Virus record (IMG/VR): IMGVR_UViG_3300028800_000096
Span: 907 to 64,906 of that record
DNA from: a virus
Lineage: Duplodnaviria; Caudoviricetes
Direction: 5' to 3' (one strand)
Length of the DNA stretch: 64,000 nt
This document shows positions 44,782 through 54,458 of the stretch, piece by piece. Position 1 is the first letter of the stretch. Each line of letters opens with the position of its first letter. Position numbers and translations under genes: made by a program. A model generated the notes under the pieces. It did no database searches, was not told where the DNA came from, and saw only the letters and a list, made by a program, of their open reading frames with translations.

Positions 44782-46163
44782 TGCTGGACCTCGCAGGAAC
44801 GCCGTTTGCAGACGCCGAACTCGAGCGGGCGCTCATCGCGCTGGTTCTGAAGGACGGCCGCGCAATCGAGCGCATCGGCAATCTCGAGCCGGACGATCTG
44901 ACCGATCCGTCTCTCAGCGCCGTGCTCGAGGCGGCGCAAGCGATGGCGAAGGACGGTAAGCCGGTTAGTGCCGTGACGCTTCTGCCGCGGCTCCGGGGTA
45001 TCGTGGCGCTGGACGGATCGACCGGACTCGATGTCGTCGGCAAGCTGACCGTTGTCGGCAATGAGCCCAAGGTCGAGGAGATCGCTCGCCGTCTGAAAGA
45101 GATCGCCCTTCGCCGCGGCATGAGCGATTATCTTGCGGCCATAGCTCAGCAGGCGACGGACGAGAAAATCAAACCGCGCGCGCTCGTCGAAGAGGTCGGC
45201 AAGCATCTAGAAACCTTCGTCAAAGTCGAAAATGACGCGATTGCGCCGGAGACGATTAGTTCCGTCTCGGAAAAGTTTCTCGAATATCTGAAATCTGATG
45301 TGGCGGCCATCGAGATCACCACCGGGCTCGCGGACCTGGATGCTTCAACAGCCGGATGGCACCGCGGACAATTCGCCATCGTTGCCGGTCGCCCGTCGAT
45401 GGGCAAGTCATGTTTCGCGCTGTCGTCGCTTCTTAAAACCGCTCAAGCGGGGCACGGCGTTATGTTTTTCTCGCTCGAGATGTCGGCGTTCCAGCTTGCC
45501 GCGCGCGCCTTGACGGATCTCGCCTATACCGAGCCTGTGATCCACTACAAGGATCTCCGACCTGGAAAAGCCGAAGCGCATATTCGGCGCCTCGAGAACG
45601 CCGCGGCGACATTCAAGGGTCTGCCGATCCAGATCGACACAACGCCTGGTCTAACGGCTGCGGATATCTTCGATCGCACGAAACGCGCCGTCGAAGCATT
45701 CAAGCGGGCAGGCAAACGCCTCGACTGCGTTTTTATCGATCACCTTCTGAAAGTCTCGCCCTCCGGCCGGTATGCGGGACAGCCGGTCAAGGAACTCGAT
45801 GAAATCAGCAGCGCCATGTGCGACCTCGCGAAAAAGCTCGATGTTGCCGTCATCGGATTGCACCAGCTCAATCGCCAGAACGAGGATCGCGACAACCAGC
45901 GTGCGTTGCTCTCCGATCTCCGCGGATCTGGCTCGCTCGAGCAGGATGCTGATTTGGTTCTGTTCTGTTACCGCCCAGCCTATCGCCTCGAGCGGCTAAA
46001 TCCTGAATCGGAAAGCGAACGCGAGGAACGTGACCTCGTTCTCAGCGCGCTCCGCTACACGCTCGAACTTCAAATCGCAAAACAGCGGCAGGGTCCGACC
46101 GACACCATAGAATTGTGGTGCGATATCGGCGCCAACGCCGTGCGCAACAAGTCATGGAGGTAG
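44781..46163 (+). CDS. dnaB: DnaB-like replicative helicase
   Basis: AGRPSMGKS, FSLEMS, IDHL, QLNR, LSDLRGSGSLEQDAD, KQRQG. Confidence 0.95.
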   Translation: MLDLAGTPFADAELERALIALVLKDGRAIERIGNLEPDDLTDPSLSAVLEAAQAMAKDGKPVSAVTLLPRLRGIVALDGSTGLDVVGKLTVVGNEPKVEEIARRLKEIALRRGMSDYLAAIAQQATDEKIKPRALVEEVGKHLETFVKVENDAIAPETISSVSEKFLEYLKSDVAAIEITTGLADLDASTAGWHRGQFAIVAGRPSMGKSCFALSSLLKTAQAGHGVMFFSLEMSAFQLAARALTDLAYTEPVIHYKDLRPGKAEAHIRRLENAAATFKGLPIQIDTTPGLTAADIFDRTKRAVEAFKRAGKRLDCVFIDHLLKVSPSGRYAGQPVKELDEISSAMCDLAKKLDVAVIGLHQLNRQNEDRDNQRALLSDLRGSGSLEQDADLVLFCYRPAYRLERLNPESESEREERDLVLSALRYTLELQIAKQRQGPTDTIELWCDIGANAVRNKSWR

Positions 46164-46165
46164 GA

Positions 46166-46978
46166 ATGTTTATCGAAGCAGCCGACCTCTACGTGAGTCT
46201 TGGATTCAAGGTTTTTCCGCTCGGTCACGGGTCGAAACTTCCTGCGATCAAAGGCGGGAAGGGCTTCAAGGACGCAACCGACGATCCGACCCAGATCGAC
46301 GCTTGGGCTCGAGCTTATCCCAAGTGCAACATCGCAATTGCCACGGGCGAACCGTCCGGGATTGTCGTCATCGATGTTGATCCAAGGAATGACGGCTTTG
46401 CTAGTATTTCAAAGCTCGCCGGCGCCGGTAATCTGTTTCCGGCATGTCCGACCGCGAAGACGGGCAACAACGGTCGGCATATGTACTTCCGCCTTCCGGA
46501 AGGATTGAAATCGAGCAAGGACCGGCTCGGCCCCGGCATTGATGTGAAATCCACGGGTGGCTATGTCGTGGCGGCGCCGAGCTGGATTGCACCGACTGAG
46601 GCCGGACCAGGCGGAACCTATCAGTGGCTCGTGTCGCCCGAAACGACACCGATCCAACCGCTGCCGCGTTGGTGCGTTGAAAAGCTCATGCCGAAAGCTC
46701 GCGCCCTTCCGCGGTTCGAGCCGATGCAGACTTCCGAAATGGCACATCGCAGCCTCGAGGGCATGGCACGAAAGCTGGCGACGGCCGGCGCCGGAACGAG
46801 GAACAGCCTCCTCAATTGGGCCGCATACACAGTCGGCGCGCTCATTCGGCAAGGCAAACTCTCGAGCACATTAGCGGACCAGCGTTTGACGCAGGCGGCA
46901 CTCGCATCTGGACTGACGCTTCCCGAAATCAAGGCAACTATCGCAAGCGGCTTCCGTGCCGGGGCAGGTGCGGAATGA
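46166..46978 (+). CDS. Bifunctional primase-polymerase (Prim-Pol)
   Basis: VFPL..K.P, NIAIATG..VVIDVD, T..GRHMYF, GIDVKSTGGYVVAAPS. Confidence 0.9.
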   Translation: MFIEAADLYVSLGFKVFPLGHGSKLPAIKGGKGFKDATDDPTQIDAWARAYPKCNIAIATGEPSGIVVIDVDPRNDGFASISKLAGAGNLFPACPTAKTGNNGRHMYFRLPEGLKSSKDRLGPGIDVKSTGGYVVAAPSWIAPTEAGPGGTYQWLVSPETTPIQPLPRWCVEKLMPKARALPRFEPMQTSEMAHRSLEGMARKLATAGAGTRNSLLNWAAYTVGALIRQGKLSSTLADQRLTQAALASGLTLPEIKATIASGFRAGAGAE

Positions 46979-47601
46979 ACAACTACGACGGACGCACGAA
47001 TGGATTATTGCTGCTTGATCTGATGCGGACGCTAGGCGCAAGCGACGCTGGCAATGTTGGTGGTTTTTTTGACGTCCCAGCGGAGTGGAGGTGTCCATGC
47101 TGTTATCGCACCAAGCCCGAGATGGCACGTCTCGACAAGAATGGGAATCTTCTCTGTTCAGTTCACCTGCATCACGATCACTATTGCGAACGCTTCGACA
47201 TAGACGTTCGCAAACTGTCGCCGGGTGATTTCCAATTCAGCCGCGTCGTTCAGGATAGTCTCATCCGGTTCCCCGACACGTTCATCTGCAACGATTGCAA
47301 CGTAACGGAACCAAGAGCCAAGAAAGTAGTCGGGGCGCCGTCGTACTTCACGTTCGCACCGGTTGAGATCGCCTACTTCATCACTGTTTCAAGTGACGGT
47401 GAGGTGAGTCTCGATCCGGACCGGGCGAAGCGCGCCTATGATGCCGCAATCCCGACGATGAAACTGCTGTTCGAGAGAATTCAATCCATCACGAAAGCCG
47501 TCGCCACTGGTTCGGACTTTGAACCGCTCGCCGCATCTGTCGGCCGGGTCATGTCTCGGCTCCACGCCAACATCATCAATCGCAAAGAGGCCGCTGAATG
47601 A
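46975..47601 (+). CDS. Zn-binding HNH-like hypothetical protein
   Basis: WRCPCC.R.K, HHDH, ICNDCN. Confidence 0.6.
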   Translation: MNNYDGRTNGLLLLDLMRTLGASDAGNVGGFFDVPAEWRCPCCYRTKPEMARLDKNGNLLCSVHLHHDHYCERFDIDVRKLSPGDFQFSRVVQDSLIRFPDTFICNDCNVTEPRAKKVVGAPSYFTFAPVEIAYFITVSSDGEVSLDPDRAKRAYDAAIPTMKLLFERIQSITKAVATGSDFEPLAASVGRVMSRLHANIINRKEAAE

Positions 47602-47783
47602 AATTCGGAACTCGCATCAAAGGCTTCAAGGTCAAGCAGGACGGACGCGGGAAGGTCACGCTTGAGCCGATTGCATTTTACAATCGCAAGGATGCGAGCG
47701 CGAAGCTTCGTGCATGGAAATCTAGCAAGGCAGTTCCAGTGCGTCAGGGTGTGCTCGGTTTACATTTCAAGGGGGGAAAATGA
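47598..47783 (+). CDS. Small basic protein
   Basis: Coupled ORF. Confidence 0.5.
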   Translation: MKFGTRIKGFKVKQDGRGKVTLEPIAFYNRKDASAKLRAWKSSKAVPVRQGVLGLHFKGGK

Positions 47784-48109
47784 GTTCTGAAATCGACCGC
47801 TTCAACCAAGGTCTGCAAGACCTGATCTTCATCCGGGAAAAGCTCAATGCTGAACTGAATGGAGAACTTGCACGATCAGATAAACTCGCAAAAGCTGTTG
47901 CCAATCTTCAGCACCTGAACGACGCGGCGCAGAATGTGATTGAAGATACTCTGTATCGGATTGGAGTTTGGCACGATCCGGATTCAGCGGGAGAGCCGCC
48001 GCCCCTTCCGGATATCAAGATGCCCAATATCGCGAGACCAAAACCCCTACCTTCGGAAAACTACGCCGATCATCTTTTGAAACAGGCAAACGGGAGCCGG
48101 GTGAATTGA
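47780..48109 (+). CDS. Hypothetical protein
   Basis: Coupled ORF with an RBS. Confidence 0.55.
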   Translation: MSSEIDRFNQGLQDLIFIREKLNAELNGELARSDKLAKAVANLQHLNDAAQNVIEDTLYRIGVWHDPDSAGEPPPLPDIKMPNIARPKPLPSENYADHLLKQANGSRVN

Positions 48110-48885
48110 AAATCATCTCGTCTGCGGCCATGCTGAAGCAACGCCTATCCCTGAAACGGCAGGGACGATTGGGCGAGAATATGACCGTGCCACCTAGAAG
48201 CCCTGAGGATCGCGTCAGAGCGGCAAGAGCGCGTCTGGCTATCCAAGGAGCGCCTCACCTCTACAAAGCTCCACAGCGCGCTCCTGCTTACGAGAACGAG
48301 CCAACTGCGGAGTGGCTAGAGAAGAACAGCGGCAACATAGAAACGCGCCACGTCAAATATGGAAAGGGAGGCTCTCACAAAGGCTACCGTGTTCGCCCGA
48401 TCACCGAAGCGCACGCTGAGTCATTCCCAGATGAAATGCACCTCGCTTTTGCGCGGTTTATGCAGGATAGCGAATATCACCTCCGCATAGGTGTCTCGGA
48501 TATCAACCGATCTGGAGGGGGAAGTCCATCCGCGCGGCTCGGAGGTCTGGGGTTAGTTCCGCAGTATGTCCGTGAAGGTCACCACAGACACGTCTGGCTG
48601 GAGCAGCAGCTCGCCGGCAACGCAGTCTTCAACCAGGTGCTCCGGAAGCTGGTCTACCGCTCCGACGTTCACGCAGATGGGAAGTCCTTCGATCTCGTCG
48701 AATTCGGGAAAGTCCTTTGGCCAGCGCTCAAGGATCAAAGCGCGCTGAGATGGAGCACGAAGACAGCCTTCCTCGCCTTTGGAGCGGAATTGATGCGGCT
48801 TTACAAGGATCCGAGGTGCCCAAGGGTTATTTGGATCAACGACGAAGAGCGGGAAGGGGTTCGGAGACTGGAGATGGCACGATGA
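48106..48885 (+). CDS. Hypothetical protein, possible late transcription regulator
   Basis: Position at the end of the early-right operon; the function is inferred only. Confidence 0.45.
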   Translation: MKIISSAAMLKQRLSLKRQGRLGENMTVPPRSPEDRVRAARARLAIQGAPHLYKAPQRAPAYENEPTAEWLEKNSGNIETRHVKYGKGGSHKGYRVRPITEAHAESFPDEMHLAFARFMQDSEYHLRIGVSDINRSGGGSPSARLGGLGLVPQYVREGHHRHVWLEQQLAGNAVFNQVLRKLVYRSDVHADGKSFDLVEFGKVLWPALKDQSALRWSTKTAFLAFGAELMRLYKDPRCPRVIWINDEEREGVRRLEMAR

Positions 48886-49109
48886 GCGGCATCATAGAAC
48901 ATTTGCCGACGTCGCGGCTGACGCCGGACGTGGTACTTCATAGGGCTCTGGGTGATATTGAAAACACCCAAGCAGTCGTATTGCTAGTTCAGGACACCGA
49001 TGGACTTTGGAGCATTGAGTGGTCGCAAATGTCCGCCAGCGATCTGTGCTTTGCGGAGAAATGGCTTTCTCTCGAAATTGCTGATGTTCTACTCGGAATA
49101 GAAGGCTGA
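48882..49109 (+). CDS. Small hypothetical protein
   Basis: ATGA overlap, GGAG RBS. Confidence 0.55.
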   Translation: MSGIIEHLPTSRLTPDVVLHRALGDIENTQAVVLLVQDTDGLWSIEWSQMSASDLCFAEKWLSLEIADVLLGIEG

Positions 49110-49246
49110 CATGACATTGTCTCGATGAATACGACTGATGCATTGACGCGAATAGCGGGGGTTTAGATGCCGAGATATTTTACGGTCGTCCGAGACGAAC
49201 GGCCCAAAAGCAGTCGGCGCGACGAATCTTCGGTCGATGGGGATGG

Positions 49247-50431
49247 GTGGGGAAGGCTCTCGCACTTCCGTGGCAGGCGTATCTCGCTTGGCAGTTTTTC
49301 GTTCTTGTGGCGGCTGGCCTCATGACGAGGTGGGCCGCAATGCAAACCTATGCCCCGAACCTATCCAGTGTGGGATGGCTGCTTGTTTATATTGCTCTGT
49401 CATTTCTCCTTGTCGTCATATTAGCCGCCTGCGCATGGCTCGCGGGCTGGGCGCGAAAACAATGGATGGCGACTCCGGAGGCGGGACACACAAAAGGCGA
49501 AAAAGCCAGCTCCAGCGGCGTTGCACACGTCCCTCCAACCAATCTTGCGACAAGGCTGTATGTTGGAGAAATGGGCGTTGACGCGAATAGGCTGGTCACA
49601 GAACAGATTATAGAAATTTGGGGTCGTTGTTTTAATGCTACCGGCCATTCCTTATGGCTGCATCGCGTAAAGGGTAAAATCGAGTTGGGGCTTCAGTCCG
49701 ATGGCACTGTTCGCAAGTTGGGAATGCTCCCGCCACCACTTATTTTAGCAGAGAGATCGAAAACCGAGAATCTGGCTGATGCGACAGAGATATTCTTCGT
49801 CCTCGAACAACGCATCCCGCAAGAATTCACCGAAATATTGCAATCTGTGACAGATGCGAAATCGGTACAGCTACTTTTTGAAAACCTGACCTTCGTCTTG
49901 GCATCGCACGAGTCCGCAACGGTGCAGCTTGAGATGCCCTTATGGGGAGGCGTCAGGATATACCGAAATCCCGAGCGAATACAGTCATCTCGCATCTTCA
50001 TAATGCGGGTGGAAACGGCGACGCTTGGCGGGGTGAAAAACTCCAACGGCGGTGCCACGAAAATCCCACTCATCGAGGCTGCGACCCGGTGCTTGGAGCA
50101 GACCGAGCATACAATCATCCCTACATTTGATAAGATGTTCGATAATTCGCCAGACGGGCGTTTGAGGTGGCATTGCAATGCCCTTTGGGAACGCGCCCCG
50201 ATCTACGGCGTTGCACCACCATCCCGGGACGTGAAACAATTTCAATGGGCAAAATGGCGTCACACATACGGCATGAAAGTCGAAAACGGCGTAGCCTTTC
50301 TGAATCACCGCTACGAAAAGACTCGAATTGAAAAGCTGGAAATCAGAGAAGAGGATTTGAAAAAAGCGATTGTTGCGCTGTTAGCAATCGCCGGAGACGG
50401 TCAAGGTCAACAGGAGGAGAGCAATGTCTAG
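49247..50431 (+). CDS. Membrane-anchored hypothetical protein (moron)
   Basis: Two N-terminal TM segments; appears lower in GC; TTGACG upstream at 49143. Confidence 0.55.
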   Translation: MGKALALPWQAYLAWQFFVLVAAGLMTRWAAMQTYAPNLSSVGWLLVYIALSFLLVVILAACAWLAGWARKQWMATPEAGHTKGEKASSSGVAHVPPTNLATRLYVGEMGVDANRLVTEQIIEIWGRCFNATGHSLWLHRVKGKIELGLQSDGTVRKLGMLPPPLILAERSKTENLADATEIFFVLEQRIPQEFTEILQSVTDAKSVQLLFENLTFVLASHESATVQLEMPLWGGVRIYRNPERIQSSRIFIMRVETATLGGVKNSNGGATKIPLIEAATRCLEQTEHTIIPTFDKMFDNSPDGRLRWHCNALWERAPIYGVAPPSRDVKQFQWAKWRHTYGMKVENGVAFLNHRYEKTRIEKLEIREEDLKKAIVALLAIAGDGQGQQEESNV

Positions 50432-50439
50432 AGAATGGC

Positions 50440-50655
50440 GTGCCTGTTGCCCGCGTGCTGTATCGGACAAAGGCTGGGGCAAGAGTTTGGACGACCGCAT
50501 GGTGGGCGTTCAACGAGCACCGGAACGAGTATTGCTGGCATCGTGCGTTTGACGACTACGGCCCATTGGGCAACGTGATCGATGTAGATCAAGCCTCAAT
50601 GGATGAGGCGGCGGCGTTTGTTGAGCGGGAATGGAAGCGGAGGATAAAGCGGTGA
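50440..50655 (+). CDS. Small hypothetical protein
   Basis: ORF coupled to the next gene. Confidence 0.4.
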   Translation: MPVARVLYRTKAGARVWTTAWWAFNEHRNEYCWHRAFDDYGPLGNVIDVDQASMDEAAAFVEREWKRRIKR

Positions 50656-50855
50656 CGGTCTACGCTGTCGTAACGTCATACGACTATGAGGGCTACGGGC
50701 GACCTGTCATCTTCTCATCTCTTGAGAAGGCGATGGCATATGCCAAATCAGACCGCTTCTCGAAAGCCGTCGATGATGTCGAAGTTCGCGAGATCGCACT
50801 GGACGGCGAGGACGAGGGGAAAGAGGTTTGGTCAAGACGGCGTAACGCGGCATAA
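50652..50855 (+). CDS. Small hypothetical protein
   Basis: VYAVV..YEG..IFSSLEKA pattern common in small phage genes. Confidence 0.55.
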   Translation: MTVYAVVTSYDYEGYGRPVIFSSLEKAMAYAKSDRFSKAVDDVEVREIALDGEDEGKEVWSRRRNAA

Positions 50856-50923
50856 AAAAGAGGATTGCCTGGATGACAAACCCAGCGTCGTTTTCAACTA
50901 GGGCGTGCGCTGTAATTCAGCGA

Positions 50924-51097
50924 TCAGCCTTTCGATTTTTCGGATTTCTTCGCCTTCCCGATGGGCGCTTTGGCCAGCGCTTTGAGGGCGCGGTCGAAAG
51001 CCTCTGGGCTCTCGTCTGTTTCGAGTTCGCGCGCCTTGTCGATGAACTTCTGGCGCTGCGTTCGCGTGTCGGGCTTTTCGACTTTGGTTTTCGTCAT
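50924..51097 (-). CDS. Small protein (57 aa)
   Basis: Read by hand: QRQKFIDKARELETDESPEAFDRALKAL, a recurrent small alphaproteobacterial ORF type. Confidence 0.65.
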   Translation of the reverse strand: MTKTKVEKPDTRTQRQKFIDKARELETDESPEAFDRALKALAKAPIGKAKKSEKSKG

Positions 51098-51140
51098 GGT
51101 CTCAGTCTAGCTGATTTGGCGGCGTGCCACGAGGTGCGCC

Positions 51141-51317
51141 ATGGATGAGGTAGTTGTAACGCCAGAGATGATAAGCGCCGGGCTTGCAGAAATCAGCGGC
51201 ACTGAATTGATCGACGCATGGGAAGGTTGGCATAGTCGAGAAGAACTGCTTACGGCGATTTATCAAGCGATGGAGAAACAGCGACGCGCGTCTGAACGAG
51301 CACGTCCGAGGGCCTGA
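51141..51317 (+). CDS. Small protein with a VTPEMI.AG motif
   Basis: GAGG RBS; 58 aa read by hand. Confidence 0.55.
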   Translation: MDEVVVTPEMISAGLAEISGTELIDAWEGWHSREELLTAIYQAMEKQRRASERARPRA

Positions 51318-51474
51318 CTTTGAGACGGAGGTTCCGGGTTTGGGTTTCCGCCGACGAAATACCCGCGAGGCCAGGGAATTTTTCCAAGTAGAGCTTCGGG
51401 CAAAAATGATGTGAAATTGTCTAAGCCTAACTCGGTAACGGAAAAGGCATGGGCGATTAGAAACAATAAAGGGC

Positions 51475-51550
51475 TTGACATCGCGCCGAATCACCTGCAT
51501 ATTGCGCGTACATCAGGCCACGCCCGGAGCAATTCGCTTTCGGGCGTTTT
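51475..51550 (+). promoter_or_regulatory. Sigma70 promoter immediately followed by an intrinsic terminator (pR'/tR'-like)
   Basis: TTGACA-17-CATATT, then CGCCCGGAGC..GCTTTCGGGCG-TTTT. Confidence 0.65.
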
Positions 51551-51719
51551 CTATTTCAAATCAATATCTTAAGACCAAATGCCACTATATTCCGACATGC
51601 GAATCAAACAGGGCAATAACGGTCTAAGGTGATTTGGAAGGTAATTGGATCTCAATCTGAGGTGCTGTCCTAACTAGGACAGTCGCCCGTCCACAACCCA
51701 CTTGACTTAGGGCACGTGC

Positions 51720-52028
51720 TTGATGGGAACGATTGAAGTCGATGAGCTTGCTAGAGTTCTATTTGAGAAAATGGAGACTTTGGAGCCAACTGAAAAAGGA
51801 GATGAAGGCTGGGACGCGCTCTCGGAGCACGATAAGGATTTTTATCGAATCTCCATTTGGGCCATTATCGAGGCGCTAGGAATTCCGGTCGCCACAAACA
51901 ACCTCATCTGCAAGTTGACTATCTTACGTTCGCCACTTAGTGAGCACGACAGGGCGGCGATAATTACAACTGAGATGGTGTACGAGGGGCGATTGGCGAT
52001 AAGTCGGGGGCTTTGTACGCTGTTATAA
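51720..52028 (+). CDS. Hypothetical protein
   Basis: 102-aa ORF. Confidence 0.45.
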   Translation: MMGTIEVDELARVLFEKMETLEPTEKGDEGWDALSEHDKDFYRISIWAIIEALGIPVATNNLICKLTILRSPLSEHDRAAIITTEMVYEGRLAISRGLCTLL

Positions 52029-52107
52029 TCGCGCTCGGAGTCATCGGCGTTTTAGGCTACGCGGTGTTTATTGTGAGGACTTTGGTAAGGTCACGGAACA
52101 GATTTCG

Positions 52108-52320
52108 ATGTGTAATGATTCTTCGCGACAGGGCGGCAATGAAAAGGGGGTCCCTCAGATAGAGGTGACGCCTGAAATGATTGAGGCTGGTGTGAAGATT
52201 TACACCGATTGGTGGGAAGGGCGCGCAATATTGCCCGCACCTACCGAGGCGGCTTTTGTCGAGCATCTGTTTCGACATATGGCTGCCATCCAACAGCGTG
52301 GCAGCCAGAGGTCGCCATAA
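52108..52320 (+). CDS. Small protein with an IEVTPEMIEAG motif
   Basis: 70-aa ORF. Confidence 0.55.
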   Translation: MCNDSSRQGGNEKGVPQIEVTPEMIEAGVKIYTDWWEGRAILPAPTEAAFVEHLFRHMAAIQQRGSQRSP

Positions 52321-52346
52321 AACCACGGTTGCCACCACTTACCGGA

Positions 52347-52592
52347 AATCACGGATAGTTGCTCTATGCAACAGTCGAATTAGGCCAGCCATCCGGCCTA
52401 TACGCTTGTCTCGCGTATCACATTTTCCAATGTGGAAAGGATGGCACCATGGACAGCAGCAGTCTCGAAAAGGCCCGCAAAGACCCGTTCGGCGGAAACG
52501 CCGTCCCGTGGCTCATCTTGCCGGCTGAGCCGAGTAGCTAGAGATTCACGCCGTCCTGAACAAGACAACGGCCTGGGGAAACCTGGGCCGTT
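52347..52592 (+). ncRNA. Candidate multi-hairpin RNA upstream of the packaging genes
   Basis: At least seven adjacent stems (see findings). Confidence 0.4.
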
Positions 52593-52613
52593 TGGAATTT
52601 TGGAGGCACTACC

Positions 52614-54437
52614 ATGGCTGACGATTTCGGAGCATGGCTCGCAGGGCAGACCGCAAGTCTTGGCATTCCGAGATCCGCTCCGGTTCCGAAGAATTTCCTG
52701 GATCAGGTTGCTACGCACCCATACGGGTATCTGAAGACCAATGCTGGCCATGAGACTAGTGAACCGACCTATCGCATGAGCATGGCCGATTATCGCGACG
52801 ACAGCGCCGGAAACTACGGAACGTGGTCCAATCCTCAGGATCAGTCCTGGCCCGATTGGCTCAAGATGAAAGTTTCCGACGTTCAGGAAGGCGGCCGCAA
52901 TGCTGAACTCAATGTGCTTTCGGCTCTGTCGCCCTATGGCAGCGAAGGGTGGCAAGTTCCCCCCGCCGTGCATGAGCCCGTCAATGCGTTGATGAGGCTG
53001 TTCGGCACGCCATCTAATCCAGGCACGTTCACCCAAGGACCGGATGCACCCGGCAACGCTGACGACATGCGGACGCTTCTGTTCTCGATGTACGGCGGCA
53101 ACGCGCTGAACCCGGGAAGGATGTTTGAGGGCACGGCGGCGAAGGCGGCAGCAGCGCCAGATGCAGTGCGTGCCCTCCAAGACGCGGCACTAGCATCAAA
53201 AGCAGATCGGCAGTTCCGCAAATCCATTGATACGGATTGGTATCACGCTGCGTGGCCAGATTTTCAACAGTTCAACGACCCAACCGACTATCTCGGTGTT
53301 CATGTTACGCGCCATCAGCCGACTGCGCTTGATTTCCAGGCGGAGCGCGGCGGTCCTCTCCTGAGAATGGATGCCCCGTTTCAGAAACCGTTCACGATGC
53401 CGCCTGCTGACTCTCCTGCTTATGCGACGGCTCTCAGGGAGGCGCAGGATTTCCTACCGGGTTTCGATGGCACAAAGGAAAGCCTAGAACAGAACGCAAA
53501 AGCCTTCCGGGACGCTCTGACGAGCCGGGGCTATGATTCGATCGTTTCTCAGGACGGTCGGTTACTCGACGACGCCTACGAGGCTATAGCACTCAATCCA
53601 AGATCGCTGAACGATGCAATTTACTCCGACACCGGTAAGCCCACGTTGATGGGTTCGGCTTTGGCGGGAGCAGAAAAAGCAAAAGCCCCAGACCGGAGCC
53701 TGGGGCTATCTTATGGCTCCCCATCCAAAGACGGAGCCTTGTCAACGGAGGCCGAAGCAACCGCGACACCCCTGCACTTTTCCGATGCAGCCTCCGCCCC
53801 ACGCTCAAAGGTTCTAGCAGAGAACGGCGCGACGGAGGCCAACCTTGATAGCATTCGCAGCGAGGCGTTGCAAGCGTTCCGAAACGACATAGACCGCAAT
53901 GGATCAAGATATTTCGACGATTTCAGTCTTGCGGAAATACCCGGAAAGTTTGACGCATGGGGCGCTCCCGCTTGGGGCACCATCAGTCCTACGCAGCAAG
54001 AGCTTTTAACCACAAATTTCCTGTCCAACAATCATCCGGTATCGGCTCTAGGCGAAGCCCTGAACGCCGCGGCCCGTGCATCGGGTCGCGAACTTGATCT
54101 CATGCCCTACGGTAGTGCTCCTCTTTCTTCCAACTATGGCACGCTTCGAACACCTGCCGGAAACCAATATAAGGTCCGTGTCGCAGATCATGCACGGACG
54201 TCAATGTTTCACGACGCGCCCGACTTCAACATCGCTCCGGGAGAAATGACGCCCGACGAATTCATCAACCTGCTGCCAACGCTTTATAGCGACACAGGTA
54301 AGCCCTCCCTTATGGGAAGTGCGCTCTCACCCCAAGATCAAGACTTCGACCAAGAGCTAAAGGGAATTGCGAATAAGTACGGCATCCCGATTCAAGTCCA
54401 ATCACCACAGCCACAGAACTACCTAGCCACACACTAG
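52614..54437 (+). CDS. Modular polyvalent-type protein with a possible ADP-ribosyltransferase-like domain
   Basis: GGAGG RBS; WYH..F..F..GVHVT..A..F..GYDSI pattern; internal repeat YSDTGKP(T/S)LMGSAL. Confidence 0.55.
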   Translation: MADDFGAWLAGQTASLGIPRSAPVPKNFLDQVATHPYGYLKTNAGHETSEPTYRMSMADYRDDSAGNYGTWSNPQDQSWPDWLKMKVSDVQEGGRNAELNVLSALSPYGSEGWQVPPAVHEPVNALMRLFGTPSNPGTFTQGPDAPGNADDMRTLLFSMYGGNALNPGRMFEGTAAKAAAAPDAVRALQDAALASKADRQFRKSIDTDWYHAAWPDFQQFNDPTDYLGVHVTRHQPTALDFQAERGGPLLRMDAPFQKPFTMPPADSPAYATALREAQDFLPGFDGTKESLEQNAKAFRDALTSRGYDSIVSQDGRLLDDAYEAIALNPRSLNDAIYSDTGKPTLMGSALAGAEKAKAPDRSLGLSYGSPSKDGALSTEAEATATPLHFSDAASAPRSKVLAENGATEANLDSIRSEALQAFRNDIDRNGSRYFDDFSLAEIPGKFDAWGAPAWGTISPTQQELLTTNFLSNNHPVSALGEALNAAARASGRELDLMPYGSAPLSSNYGTLRTPAGNQYKVRVADHARTSMFHDAPDFNIAPGEMTPDEFINLLPTLYSDTGKPSLMGSALSPQDQDFDQELKGIANKYGIPIQVQSPQPQNYLATH

Positions 54438-54458
54438 AGAGCCAAGAGAGGAAAAACG

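Noticed and set aside
50924-51097. Insertion sequence
   Set aside because: The small ORF resembles IS-associated passenger genes, but no transposase or terminal inverted repeats are visible.
52398-53180. Long antisense ORFs (this one, 22426-23178, 15487-16188, 44486-45121 and similar)
   Set aside because: They are shadows of well-supported genes on the opposite strand in GC-rich DNA and show no recognisable motifs.
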